This document shows, piece by piece, positions 17,042-25,843 of a DNA stretch of 42,943 nt. This stretch comes from Pseudomonas phage phipa4: the sequence record OK539825.1. One strand, given 5' to 3'. The translations under genes were made by a program, and so were the position numbers. The stretch's first letter is position 1. Each line of letters opens with the position of its first letter. The notes under the pieces are model-generated. The model was not told where the DNA came from, did no database searches, and saw only the letters and a program-made list of their open reading frames with translations.

Positions 17042-17493
17042 TTGAATTCGACCAAGTTAACGACGAAGTAAACGCGCTTTTTCTTGCAACTTGGAACGCA
17101 GGAAGCGCGGCAATTGCGGGCTATGTTCCCGAAATTCGTTGGCAGGGCGTGCAATATCGCGACTTGCCGGACGGTTCGAAGTTTTGGGTTCGGCTGTCGA
17201 AGCAAACCGTTTTTGAAGAACAAGCGACCCTTTCAACCTGCGAAGGAGTACCGGGGCAAAGAAAATACACGGCGTCGGGTCTTGTCTTCGTACAAATCTT
17301 TTGCCCGAAATCGAATACGCAAGCGTTCGAACTTGGGCAGAAATTGGCGAAACTTTCCCGTAATGCTTTTCGCGGGAAATCGACGCCGGGTAAGGTTTGG
17401 TTTCGCAATACGCGAATTAACGAACTTCCGCCCGAAGAACTTTACGAACGGTTTAACGTCGTTACCGAATTTGAATACGACGAAATAGGTTAA
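17038..17493 (+). CDS. putative neck/tail completion protein
   Basis: Position only. Confidence 0.35.
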   Translation: MIEFDQVNDEVNALFLATWNAGSAAIAGYVPEIRWQGVQYRDLPDGSKFWVRLSKQTVFEEQATLSTCEGVPGQRKYTASGLVFVQIFCPKSNTQAFELGQKLAKLSRNAFRGKSTPGKVWFRNTRINELPPEELYERFNVVTEFEYDEIG

Positions 17494-17505
17494 GGAGTTC
17501 TTAAC

Positions 17506-19041
17506 ATGGTATGCGAAATTGCCAAAATCGACAGCAACATTACCGGACTTGCCTTCGCCGAAGAAGAATGCTTGAAGCAACTTCCGACGACGCCCGTTTG
17601 GTACGGACTGGAACCCAACAGCTATTCGGACTTCGGCGGCGAACTTTCGACCGTTGCCCGCGCGCCTATCGACCCGTCGCGCCAGAACAAGAAAGGCACG
17701 ATTACCGACCTTGACGCATCGGGCGGCTTCAACGCCGACTTTACGAAGACCAACCTTGCGCGAATTCTGCAAGGCTTCTTCTTCGCAGACGCGCGCGAAC
17801 TTCCTTCGACGCAGCCGCTTAACGGCGCATCGGTCGCGCTTACCGGCGTTACCGCAGTTGACAGCACTTACGCCGCAGCTTCCGGGCTTGGCGTGTTTGG
17901 TGCCGATATGCTGGTATATGCGACCGGCTTTGCCAACGCTGCGAACAACGGCCTTAAAACCGTCGTTTCGGCTACCGCTGCGGGCGTCGTTGTTGCCGAA
18001 ACCTTGATTGACGAAACCCCGCCCGCAGGCGCGAAGCTGGAATGCGTCGGTCGGCAGCTTGGCGCGGCAGACGCGAACATTGCCGTAACTGGCAACGTCG
18101 TTTCGCTTATCGTTACCGCTGGCGACTTTACGACCATGCCCGAACTGTTCCCCGGTCGTTGGGTCTTCGTCGGCGGCGATGCGACGGCAAACCGCTTCGC
18201 TAATAATGTGGGCTATGCCCGCATTAAGTCGGTTGCAGCGAAGGCGCTTGTTTTCGACGACGTGACTTGGCAGGCGACCAACGAAACCGGAACCGGCAAG
18301 TCGATTCGTCTTTTCGTCGGAACTGTTATCAAGAACGAAAAGACCCCGGCACTTATCAAGCGTCGTTCGTATCAAATCGAACGCACCTTGGGCGAAGGTT
18401 TGAACGGTACGCAGTGCGAATATCTGGAAGGCGCAGTACCGAACGAATTTACGTTGAACATTCCGCAGGCCGACAAGCTGAACGCCGACCTTTCGTTTGT
18501 TGCGTGCGACAACACTTACCGCAGCGGCGACCCCGGCGACGAACAGAAAGCCGGAACCCGCGTGCCTGCGCCCGGCGAAGATGCTTACAACACTTCTTCG
18601 GACGTTTACCGAATCAAGATGGCCGTTCACGACGCCGCGTCGTCGAACCCCGCCGCCCTGTTCGGCTACGTTTCCGAAGCGAACGTTTCGATTAACAACA
18701 ACGTTACGCCGAACAAGGCGGTCGGCGTGTTGGGCGCGTTCGATACTTCGGCGGGTAACTTCGAAGTCGGCGGTTCGATTACCGCTTACTTTACGACCGT
18801 CGCAGCGGTTAAGGCTGTTCGCGCGAACGCCGACGTTGGTTTGTCGGTAATCAGTGCGGCCAAGAACGCCGGTTTCGTGTTCGATATTCCGTTGCTTGGT
18901 TTGGGCGGCGGTCGTCTGAACGTCGAAAAAGACGCGCCGATTACCGTTCCGCTGGAACCCGCAGGCGCAGAAAACGCGAACGGCTATACGATGCTGTACG
19001 AAGTGTTTTCTTATCTGCCGAATCTGGCAATGCCGGACTAA
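17506..19041 (+). CDS. putative major tail (tube) protein, 511 aa
   Basis: Lies directly upstream of the chaperone pair and TMP. Strong terminator after it suggests abundance. No tube-sized gene elsewhere. Confidence 0.4.
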   Translation: MVCEIAKIDSNITGLAFAEEECLKQLPTTPVWYGLEPNSYSDFGGELSTVARAPIDPSRQNKKGTITDLDASGGFNADFTKTNLARILQGFFFADARELPSTQPLNGASVALTGVTAVDSTYAAASGLGVFGADMLVYATGFANAANNGLKTVVSATAAGVVVAETLIDETPPAGAKLECVGRQLGAADANIAVTGNVVSLIVTAGDFTTMPELFPGRWVFVGGDATANRFANNVGYARIKSVAAKALVFDDVTWQATNETGTGKSIRLFVGTVIKNEKTPALIKRRSYQIERTLGEGLNGTQCEYLEGAVPNEFTLNIPQADKLNADLSFVACDNTYRSGDPGDEQKAGTRVPAPGEDAYNTSSDVYRIKMAVHDAASSNPAALFGYVSEANVSINNNVTPNKAVGVLGAFDTSAGNFEVGGSITAYFTTVAAVKAVRANADVGLSVISAAKNAGFVFDIPLLGLGGGRLNVEKDAPITVPLEPAGAENANGYTMLYEVFSYLPNLAMPD

Positions 19042-19054
19042 TTGCGGTAAACTC

Positions 19055-19090
19055 AAAGGGCCGGGTAATACCGGCCCTTTCTTCATTCAA
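19055..19090 (+). terminator. rho-independent terminator
   Basis: AAAGGGCCGG-gtaata-CCGGCCCTTT followed by CTTCATTC. Confidence 0.7.
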
Positions 19091-19104
19091 TCGGAGTAAA
19101 TCAA

Positions 19105-19533
19105 ATGTCTGGACTGTTTAAGCAATTCAAAACGAATTCGACCAAGGAAGTCGAAGGCGTCGAAATCGAATTTCCCGAAGCGCAGAACGACGACGGCAGC
19201 GTTCCGACTTTCGTTATTTCCCGCATGGGCAAATCGAACAAGGCGTATTCAAAGGCGCTTGACGCGGCGACCCGTCCTTATCGCCGTCAAGTCGAACTTG
19301 GCACGCTGAAAAACGAAGTCGCCGAATCGCTGTTTATGGGCGTGTTCGTCGATACCGTGTTGCGCGGCTGGAAGAACGTTCAGGGCGAAGACGGCAAGGA
19401 AATTGCGTATTCGAAAGACGCCGCAATTTCGCTTCTTTCCGAACTGCCGGACGTTTACGAACGTTTGCAGGAAGAAGCCAAGTTGGCTTCGAACTTCCGC
19501 GATAACGCTTTGGAAGCCGAAGCAAAAAACTAA
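19105..19533 (+). CDS. tail assembly chaperone (gpG-like)
   Basis: 142 aa, acidic. Ends GCA AAA AAC TAA. Confidence 0.6.
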   Translation: MSGLFKQFKTNSTKEVEGVEIEFPEAQNDDGSVPTFVISRMGKSNKAYSKALDAATRPYRRQVELGTLKNEVAESLFMGVFVDTVLRGWKNVQGEDGKEIAYSKDAAISLLSELPDVYERLQEEAKLASNFRDNALEAEAKN

Positions 19534-19898
19534 CCGAAGTTTTGGCGCACCTGTTGGAACTTGGCCCACACGAACAGGCGATAGCAAAGCAAGCGATGCG
19601 CGCGGGGCAACCGTTACCCGAACGCATCGCGAACGCGCCAGAACTTGAAGTAGGCTTGCAGTTGTATTTGCAAGCCTTCTTCGACCTAGATAGCGAACGG
19701 TCGCACGGCAACGGTTTAACGCCGATACCTTGGACAAGTATTGCGGCTTACGCAAGGGCTTTCGAGTTTGACGAAGAACAAACCGAAGACTTGTTTTACT
19801 TTATGCGAAAGCTTGATTCGGAACACTTGAAGAAACTAGCGGACAAACAGAAAGCGGCGGCATCGAATGGCAAAAAGCCTGCTAGACCTAGCCGATAG
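19105..19898 (+). CDS. tail assembly chaperone G-T fusion via programmed -1 frameshift
   Basis: Slippery heptamer A_AAA_AAC at 19524-19530, 0 nt before the stop. The -1 frame is open from 19506 to 19898. Confidence 0.5.
19524..19530 (+). other. -1 ribosomal frameshift slippery site A_AAA_AAC
   Basis: X_XXY_YYZ heptamer in frame with ORF 19105. Confidence 0.55.
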
Positions 19899-20301
19899 GC
19901 TGGAAAAGAAAGCGAAGGCAATAGACGAAGCGGCGTCACAAAACGCCGTCGATACCGCTTTGGCTATTGTGGGCGACTTGGCGTACAAAACGCCCGTAGA
20001 TACTTCGCAAGCTTTGTCGAACTGGATTGTAACGCTAGAAAGTCCGTCGGGTCAACAAATCAAGCCGCATTTTCCGGGTTCGCAGGGTTCAACGCAACGC
20101 GCTTCGGCGGCTGAAACGTTGAATTCTGCGAAGCTTGTTTTACGAAACAAGAAGCCCGGCCAAGCGATATTTATTACGAACAACCTTCCGTATATCCGCA
20201 GGCTGAACGACGGTTATTCGGCACAAGCCCCGGCGGGGTTCGTCGAACGCGCCGTTTTGATTGGTCGCAAAATGCGTAAGAAGTTCAAGATTAAGGATTA
20301 A
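19867..20301 (+). CDS. HK97 gp10-family virion (neck/tail) protein
   Basis: PVDTSQAL...IFITNNLPYIRRLNDG...APAGFVE matches remembered gp10 consensus (vDTG..S, Y..yvEfG, qPf). Confidence 0.45.
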   Translation: MAKSLLDLADRLEKKAKAIDEAASQNAVDTALAIVGDLAYKTPVDTSQALSNWIVTLESPSGQQIKPHFPGSQGSTQRASAAETLNSAKLVLRNKKPGQAIFITNNLPYIRRLNDGYSAQAPAGFVERAVLIGRKMRKKFKIKD

Positions 20302-20306
20302 AAGAA

Positions 20307-23300
20307 ATGGCCGACGAAAACATAGAAATTAAGGTTCAAGACAAAGTTTCGCCGTCCATTTCGACGAAGCTTCGCACAATTGCAAGCGAAGCCCGCAACG
20401 CCGACGCCGCAGTTAAGAACCTTCAAACGCAGCTTTCGGCAATCAACGTCGGCGGCTTGTCGCAGCTTATCAACGCATCGGCCAGCGCAACGCGCCAGCT
20501 TCAACAAGGCGCGCTTGCCGCGCAACGGCTGGCAACCGAACAACAGCGCACCGCAAGCGCCGCAGCGCAGGCCGCAGCCGCCCAAACGCGCGTCGCCACG
20601 GCTGCGACCCAAGGGGCAACCGCGCAAGCCAACCTTGCCAGCGCCACGCAGCGCACGCAGACGGCCCAACAGCAGACGGCGACAGCCGCGCAGCGCCTAG
20701 CGACAGAACAGCAGCGGACAGCCGTTCAGACGGCCAACGCGGCGGCAGCGAACGACCGGGCCGCCCTTGCCGCCCTGCGGCTGCAACAGGCGCAAGACCG
20801 GGCCGCCAATTCGACCCGCAATGCGACTTCGGCCCTTGGCGGATACATTCGAACCGCTGCCGGAATTCTTGGCGTAACGATTTCAGCGAACGCAATTCTT
20901 GCAAGCGCCGACGCATACGTTACGCTTCAAAATAAGTTGCAGAACGTAACGAAGTCGCAAGAACAAGTTAACACGCTTACCGGCGAACTGTTCGACCTTG
21001 CGAACCGCACGCGCGCGGGCGTCGAAGAAACGGCGACCGCTTTTACGCGCTTCGACCGCGCCTTAAACTTTATGGGCAAGTCGCAAGAAGATTCGTTGCG
21101 TTTGACCGAAACCATTAACAAAGCCCTTATTGTTTCCGGCGCAACAGCGCAAGAAGCGTCGTCGGCTTTGTTGCAGCTTTCGCAGGGCTTCAACGCCGGT
21201 AAGCTGCAAGGCGACGAATTCCGCGCCGTTTCGGAAAATATGCCAATCGTTTTGGACGCCGTAGCGAAGGCGCTTAACGTTCCGATTAACCGGGTTAAAG
21301 AACTTTCGACCGAAGGCAAGATTACTTCGGAAGTTCTGTTTAATGCGTTCGCGCTTATTCAAGACCAAGTAGACGCAACGTTTAACAAGACGACGCCCAC
21401 AATTAGCCAAAGCTTGACGGTTCTTCGTAACAACGCAATTCAGTTCTTCGGCGAATTGAACAAAGCGACCGGATTTACTGCCGGGCTTTCGCGCGCGATT
21501 CTTTGGCTTGGCGAAAACTTGAAGACGGTTGCCGTAATCGTCGCCGGGCTTGGCGTTGCGTTGCTTGTTGCCTTCGGTGCCCCGTTGGCCGGTGCGCTGG
21601 CCGGTGCGACGGCTGCGGTAAAAGCCTTTACGCTGGCGCTTGCTTCGAACCCGATTGGCCTTATCGTCGTCGCGCTTTCGACGGCGATTGCGTATCTAAC
21701 GCTTTTCCGCGACGAAATTAACTTGGGAATCGACGACGTTACGACGTTGGGCGATTTCTTCCGCGCGACCTTTGAAGGCATCGGCCAAGCAATTGACGAC
21801 GTTAAAACCATCGCGTCGCAATTGTGGGCAGAACTTAGCGACTTCGCAAGCGCAGCCCTTGGCGAAATTACTTCGAACGTTGACGATTCGACTTCTTCTT
21901 GGTCGGACAGCTACGCCGCATTCTTCCAAACCAACCGTACAGGTTGGGCCGGTGCGCTGGAAAACGCCGCAAAAGTTCTTGACGCAATCGCCGGGCTTTT
22001 GACCGGGGCCGCAACGTTCGCAGGCCGTGCAATGGCCGAAGTTGTTATTTCGGTTCAAAACGGAATCGCAAACGCTTACAACGTTGTTGCGGGTTGGATT
22101 GAAAACGTAACGAATAAAGCCATTGAAGCCGCGAACAGGCTTCGCGCGATGGTCGGTAAGTCGGCTTACGAACTTGTCCAATTCGAACGCATGGGCAGCG
22201 CAGGCCAAACCGAATTCGAATCTTGGGGCAAGCTTTGGGCGCAATCGCTGGAAGACGGATTTAACAGCCAAGGCGGCGCAATGCAAAACCTGTTGAACGG
22301 CCTTTTCGACCGTTCGCAGCAAATCGGGGCGCAGCGCCGGGCCGCAGGAAGCGCGCAGCTTCGCGGGGCCGGTACGTCGCAGCTTGCCGGGGCTACCGAC
22401 GCAAACGCGGCCAAGGCTGCGGAACGTCGCGCGCTTGCAATGGAAAAAATCAATACGCAGCTTGACAACGAATTGGCGCGTATGTTCCAGCTTCAACCGC
22501 AGCGCGAAGCGCAAGCGAAGTTCGACCAAATCGAAGAAAGCTTGATTCAGAAAAAGATTAAGCTTACGTCGGAAGAAGCCGAAGCAATCAAGGCGAAAAT
22601 TAAGGCCGTTCAAGACGCGACCGAAGTTCAACGCCAGTTCGACGCAATTTACGCCGAAGCTGTTAACCCGTTGAAGGAATACAACGCGGCGCAGGAAGCG
22701 GCAAACAAGCTTCTTCAAATGGGCGCAATTACGCAGGAACAGCACGCCCGCGCAGTAACGAAGGCGTCGGAAGCTTACGCAAATTCGCAAGACCCGTTGC
22801 GGCAGTATAACCGCGACCTTGAACAGCAATTGCAGCTTTTGCAAATGCTGCCGAAGCAACGCGAAATCGAACAGCAGATTATGCAAGTTCAGAACGATTT
22901 GCTTGCAAAGGGCATCGTTCTAAACGAAACCGAATTGGCGCAGCTTCGCGAAAAGCTGTTGCTTATTCAGCAAGTAAACGCCGTTTCGCAGCAAGAAGCG
23001 TCGTTGTTGGACGCCAGCGTAAACAAGCGCCAACAGTTTATCGACCAACTGAAAGCAATTCAGAACTTGCGCAACAACAGCGGAAGCGGTTTCAACGCAG
23101 GCGACCAAGCCGAAGCAACTAACAGCATGTTGCAAGGCATGGGCATTGATACGACGAACTTTCAAACGCAGCTTAACGCGCAATTGGCGCAATATCAAAC
23201 TTACGTCGAACAGCTTAAAATGCTGAACGAACAGCGTTTGATTAGCGACCAAGAATACGCCGCCGCAAGTATGCAACTTGAATTGCAGCGGCAAAACCTG

Positions 23301-23921
23301 TACTTGAATTCGGCAAGTAGTTTCTTCGGAAACTTGGCCGCGCTTCAACAGTCGGGAAATAAGAAAATGGCGGCGGTCGGAAAGGCCGCAGCAATCGCGC
23401 AAGCGATGATTAATACGTATCAATCGGCAACGTCGGCTTATGCTGCGATGGCGTCGATTCCTTACGTCGGCCCGGCGTTGGGCGCGGCTGCGGCTGCGGC
23501 TGCAATTGCCGCAGGCTTGGCGAACGTTCAGCAAATCCGGTCGCAGAATACCGGGTTTAAGTCGGGCGGTTTTACCGGGTCAATGGGCGTAAACGAAGTC
23601 GCGGGCGTCGTACACGGCCAAGAATTCGTTATGAACGCATCGGCGACCAACCGCATTGGCGTTGCAGACCTTCAAGCCCTGCAAACGGGCGCGGCCAGTG
23701 TTCAGCGCAACGACGAACAGGCAATGGCGGCTAGTGTGGGCAGGGGCGGCAATTCCGAACCCGCGCCCGCGCCGGTTGTCAATGTACCTTTTAGCGCCGT
23801 TGTCGTACAATCGAAAGAAGCGGCCTTGGCCGGGCTTAAATCTGCGGAAGGCCGGGCTTTCATTCTGGAAACCATCGAACAAAACGGCGGCACCGTCGCA
23901 AAAATCGTCGGAGTTAAATAA
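20307..23921 (+). CDS. tape measure protein
   Basis: 1204 aa. Q/A/T-rich coiled coils with internal repeat AAQRLATEQQRTA x2. Central hydrophobic segments. Follows the chaperone frameshift pair. Confidence 0.7.
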   Translation: MADENIEIKVQDKVSPSISTKLRTIASEARNADAAVKNLQTQLSAINVGGLSQLINASASATRQLQQGALAAQRLATEQQRTASAAAQAAAAQTRVATAATQGATAQANLASATQRTQTAQQQTATAAQRLATEQQRTAVQTANAAAANDRAALAALRLQQAQDRAANSTRNATSALGGYIRTAAGILGVTISANAILASADAYVTLQNKLQNVTKSQEQVNTLTGELFDLANRTRAGVEETATAFTRFDRALNFMGKSQEDSLRLTETINKALIVSGATAQEASSALLQLSQGFNAGKLQGDEFRAVSENMPIVLDAVAKALNVPINRVKELSTEGKITSEVLFNAFALIQDQVDATFNKTTPTISQSLTVLRNNAIQFFGELNKATGFTAGLSRAILWLGENLKTVAVIVAGLGVALLVAFGAPLAGALAGATAAVKAFTLALASNPIGLIVVALSTAIAYLTLFRDEINLGIDDVTTLGDFFRATFEGIGQAIDDVKTIASQLWAELSDFASAALGEITSNVDDSTSSWSDSYAAFFQTNRTGWAGALENAAKVLDAIAGLLTGAATFAGRAMAEVVISVQNGIANAYNVVAGWIENVTNKAIEAANRLRAMVGKSAYELVQFERMGSAGQTEFESWGKLWAQSLEDGFNSQGGAMQNLLNGLFDRSQQIGAQRRAAGSAQLRGAGTSQLAGATDANAAKAAERRALAMEKINTQLDNELARMFQLQPQREAQAKFDQIEESLIQKKIKLTSEEAEAIKAKIKAVQDATEVQRQFDAIYAEAVNPLKEYNAAQEAANKLLQMGAITQEQHARAVTKASEAYANSQDPLRQYNRDLEQQLQLLQMLPKQREIEQQIMQVQNDLLAKGIVLNETELAQLREKLLLIQQVNAVSQQEASLLDASVNKRQQFIDQLKAIQNLRNNSGSGFNAGDQAEATNSMLQGMGIDTTNFQTQLNAQLAQYQTYVEQLKMLNEQRLISDQEYAAASMQLELQRQNLYLNSASSFFGNLAALQQSGNKKMAAVGKAAAIAQAMINTYQSATSAYAAMASIPYVGPALGAAAAAAAIAAGLANVQQIRSQNTGFKSGGFTGSMGVNEVAGVVHGQEFVMNASATNRIGVADLQALQTGAASVQRNDEQAMAASVGRGGNSEPAPAPVVNVPFSAVVVQSKEAALAGLKSAEGRAFILETIEQNGGTVAKIVGVK

Positions 23922-24884
23922 ATGGGTTATGCAATTGGAACAGTTACAAAAAGCGGCGGCGACGATTGCCATTATCAGGTTTTGGCAATTATCAAAACGC
24001 TGGCCGAAGCTAACGGATGGACAACGCTTCGTTACGTGTCAACCGGACTTAACCGCGAATTGATTTTGAAAGGCGTTGGCCTTTCTGGAACCGAAGAAAT
24101 TTTTGTAGGCTTTCGCTGCTATCAAAGCATAAGCGGCGATTATTACAATATTGATTGCGGCGTTTTTGTCGGATACGTTGCCGGAAACAATTTCGATACA
24201 CAACCCGGCGCGCAAATAAACGCAGTACAAGCCCACAATAACGCGATTACGTATTTCATAACGGCCAACGCCCAACGAATCGTCGGATGCTTCAAAGTTG
24301 GTACGCCGGTTTATGAACATTTCTACGTCGGCAAGTTCTTTCCGTATGCGCGACCCGGCGAATATCCTTCGCCGCTTGTTGTCGGTGCAATGCTAAACAA
24401 AAGCCAAGCAACGCGCTTCGACGACAACGCGCAGGTTTTCCCGTATCCGGGTTATTACTATTCGACGGCACAAAACAGGTTGTACCAGCGCGACCAAGGC
24501 GGTAACTGGATTCGTCCGTATTGCTACCCATTCACCCAAGCAAACAGCACGAACAACGCACTTGCGGGGCCGCAGGGTTCGAATACGCTTGTTCCTGCCG
24601 ACGTGCATTATCAGCTTGAACCAATTATTTTGGCGCAACAAACAACCAATACCGAACCTTCGAACGTATGGGGAGAATTCGACGGCGTTTATTTCTGTTC
24701 CGGCTTTAACAACGGCGTCGAAAACGTAGTTCAGGAAGGCGGAAGTTCGGTCGTTGACCAAACCGGGCTTACCGTACTTCAAGCCGTAGACGCTATTAAG
24801 GCGGTCGGCGGGCGGGCGTTTGTAATGCTGCAAAACGTCTATCGTACTTCTTGGCGCGATTTTATCGCTTTGGAAATGAAATAA
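23922..24884 (+). CDS. AT-rich tail-associated protein, putative receptor-binding/fiber protein (paralog 1)
   Basis: About 45% GC versus about 57% in neighbours. Aromatic/Gly/Asn-rich. Abuts TMP stop (TAAATG). Confidence 0.4.
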   Translation: MGYAIGTVTKSGGDDCHYQVLAIIKTLAEANGWTTLRYVSTGLNRELILKGVGLSGTEEIFVGFRCYQSISGDYYNIDCGVFVGYVAGNNFDTQPGAQINAVQAHNNAITYFITANAQRIVGCFKVGTPVYEHFYVGKFFPYARPGEYPSPLVVGAMLNKSQATRFDDNAQVFPYPGYYYSTAQNRLYQRDQGGNWIRPYCYPFTQANSTNNALAGPQGSNTLVPADVHYQLEPIILAQQTTNTEPSNVWGEFDGVYFCSGFNNGVENVVQEGGSSVVDQTGLTVLQAVDAIKAVGGRAFVMLQNVYRTSWRDFIALEMK

Positions 24885-25840
24885 TGGCATATTTAAATGG
24901 CAGTGCCGCAAGCTTCGCGGATTTGAAAACGGCTATCGAAAACGCAGCAATTGCCGCAGGTTGGGCGCTTGCCGACGGCATTTTGTCGAAGAATGGTTGT
25001 TTCTTCCAACTAATCGCCGATACGTCGGGCGGTTATGCGCAACTTCGCTTGCACGGCGGAACCGGCAAAAGCGGTTCGACTCTAACCGGCCAACCTACGT
25101 CGAATCTTGGCGTAAAAATAGCGAGTTCGGCGGACAATCCTATTTCTTTTCCAATTACATACGAAATTCATTATTTCGACAACCCGGATGAAATATATTG
25201 CGTAACCAATTATAATTCGGATTATTACCAAACTTTAGCTTTTGGTAAGTCGGATGTTCCCGGCATTGGTGGAACCGGCGCATGGTTTACCGGAAACATG
25301 GCAAGTAATTTAACTTTGACCGGAACCGGCACAACAAGCGCAGCGCAGCGCGTACATATGTCGGTCGGTCAAAGTAGCTGCGGAACTAACCCGTATTCCG
25401 GCATGACTTGCCCGTTTTGGTTCAAAGCAGGCACGGCAGGAAGTAGCGTCGCATCTTATATGCACTGCGGGCTTGATTCCGTAGCATGGCGAAACGAAGG
25501 CGTAGAAACAGCAGTAAGCGGAATGCTTGGGATTAGTTATTGCGCTTCGTTGCTTACTTCACTTCCCAATATTTCAAATCAGGCAACGATTTTGCTTCCT
25601 GTTAAAGCGACGGCTTGGCGATTTGACGGCGGCAGAACAATTGCAGCAAACCCGAAAAACGTTAGATACCTTCGAATCGACAACATTGTTCCGGGCGAAA
25701 TTATTACGTTTGGCGCCGACCAATGGAAGGTTTACCCAATGTTTCGAAAAGACACAACGCAACGAAACGGCGTTAGTTGGACAACAGGCGCAACCCATAC
25801 GGGAACGTTCGGCTTTGCAATCAAATATACCGGAATTTAA
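24884..25840 (+). CDS. AT-rich tail-associated protein (paralog 2)
   Basis: ATG 24884 overlaps upstream TAA. N-terminal ...LKTAIENAAIAAGWAL resembles ...IKTLAEANGWTTL of ORF 23922. GC falls to 28-40% locally. Confidence 0.4.
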   Translation: MAYLNGSAASFADLKTAIENAAIAAGWALADGILSKNGCFFQLIADTSGGYAQLRLHGGTGKSGSTLTGQPTSNLGVKIASSADNPISFPITYEIHYFDNPDEIYCVTNYNSDYYQTLAFGKSDVPGIGGTGAWFTGNMASNLTLTGTGTTSAAQRVHMSVGQSSCGTNPYSGMTCPFWFKAGTAGSSVASYMHCGLDSVAWRNEGVETAVSGMLGISYCASLLTSLPNISNQATILLPVKATAWRFDGGRTIAANPKNVRYLRIDNIVPGEIITFGADQWKVYPMFRKDTTQRNGVSWTTGATHTGTFGFAIKYTGI

Positions 25841-25843
25841 GAA

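Noticed and set aside
22201-22215. GAATTCGAATCTTGGGG resembling a tRNA T-arm
   Set aside because: It lies inside the tape-measure coding frame and has no acceptor or anticodon arm complementarity.
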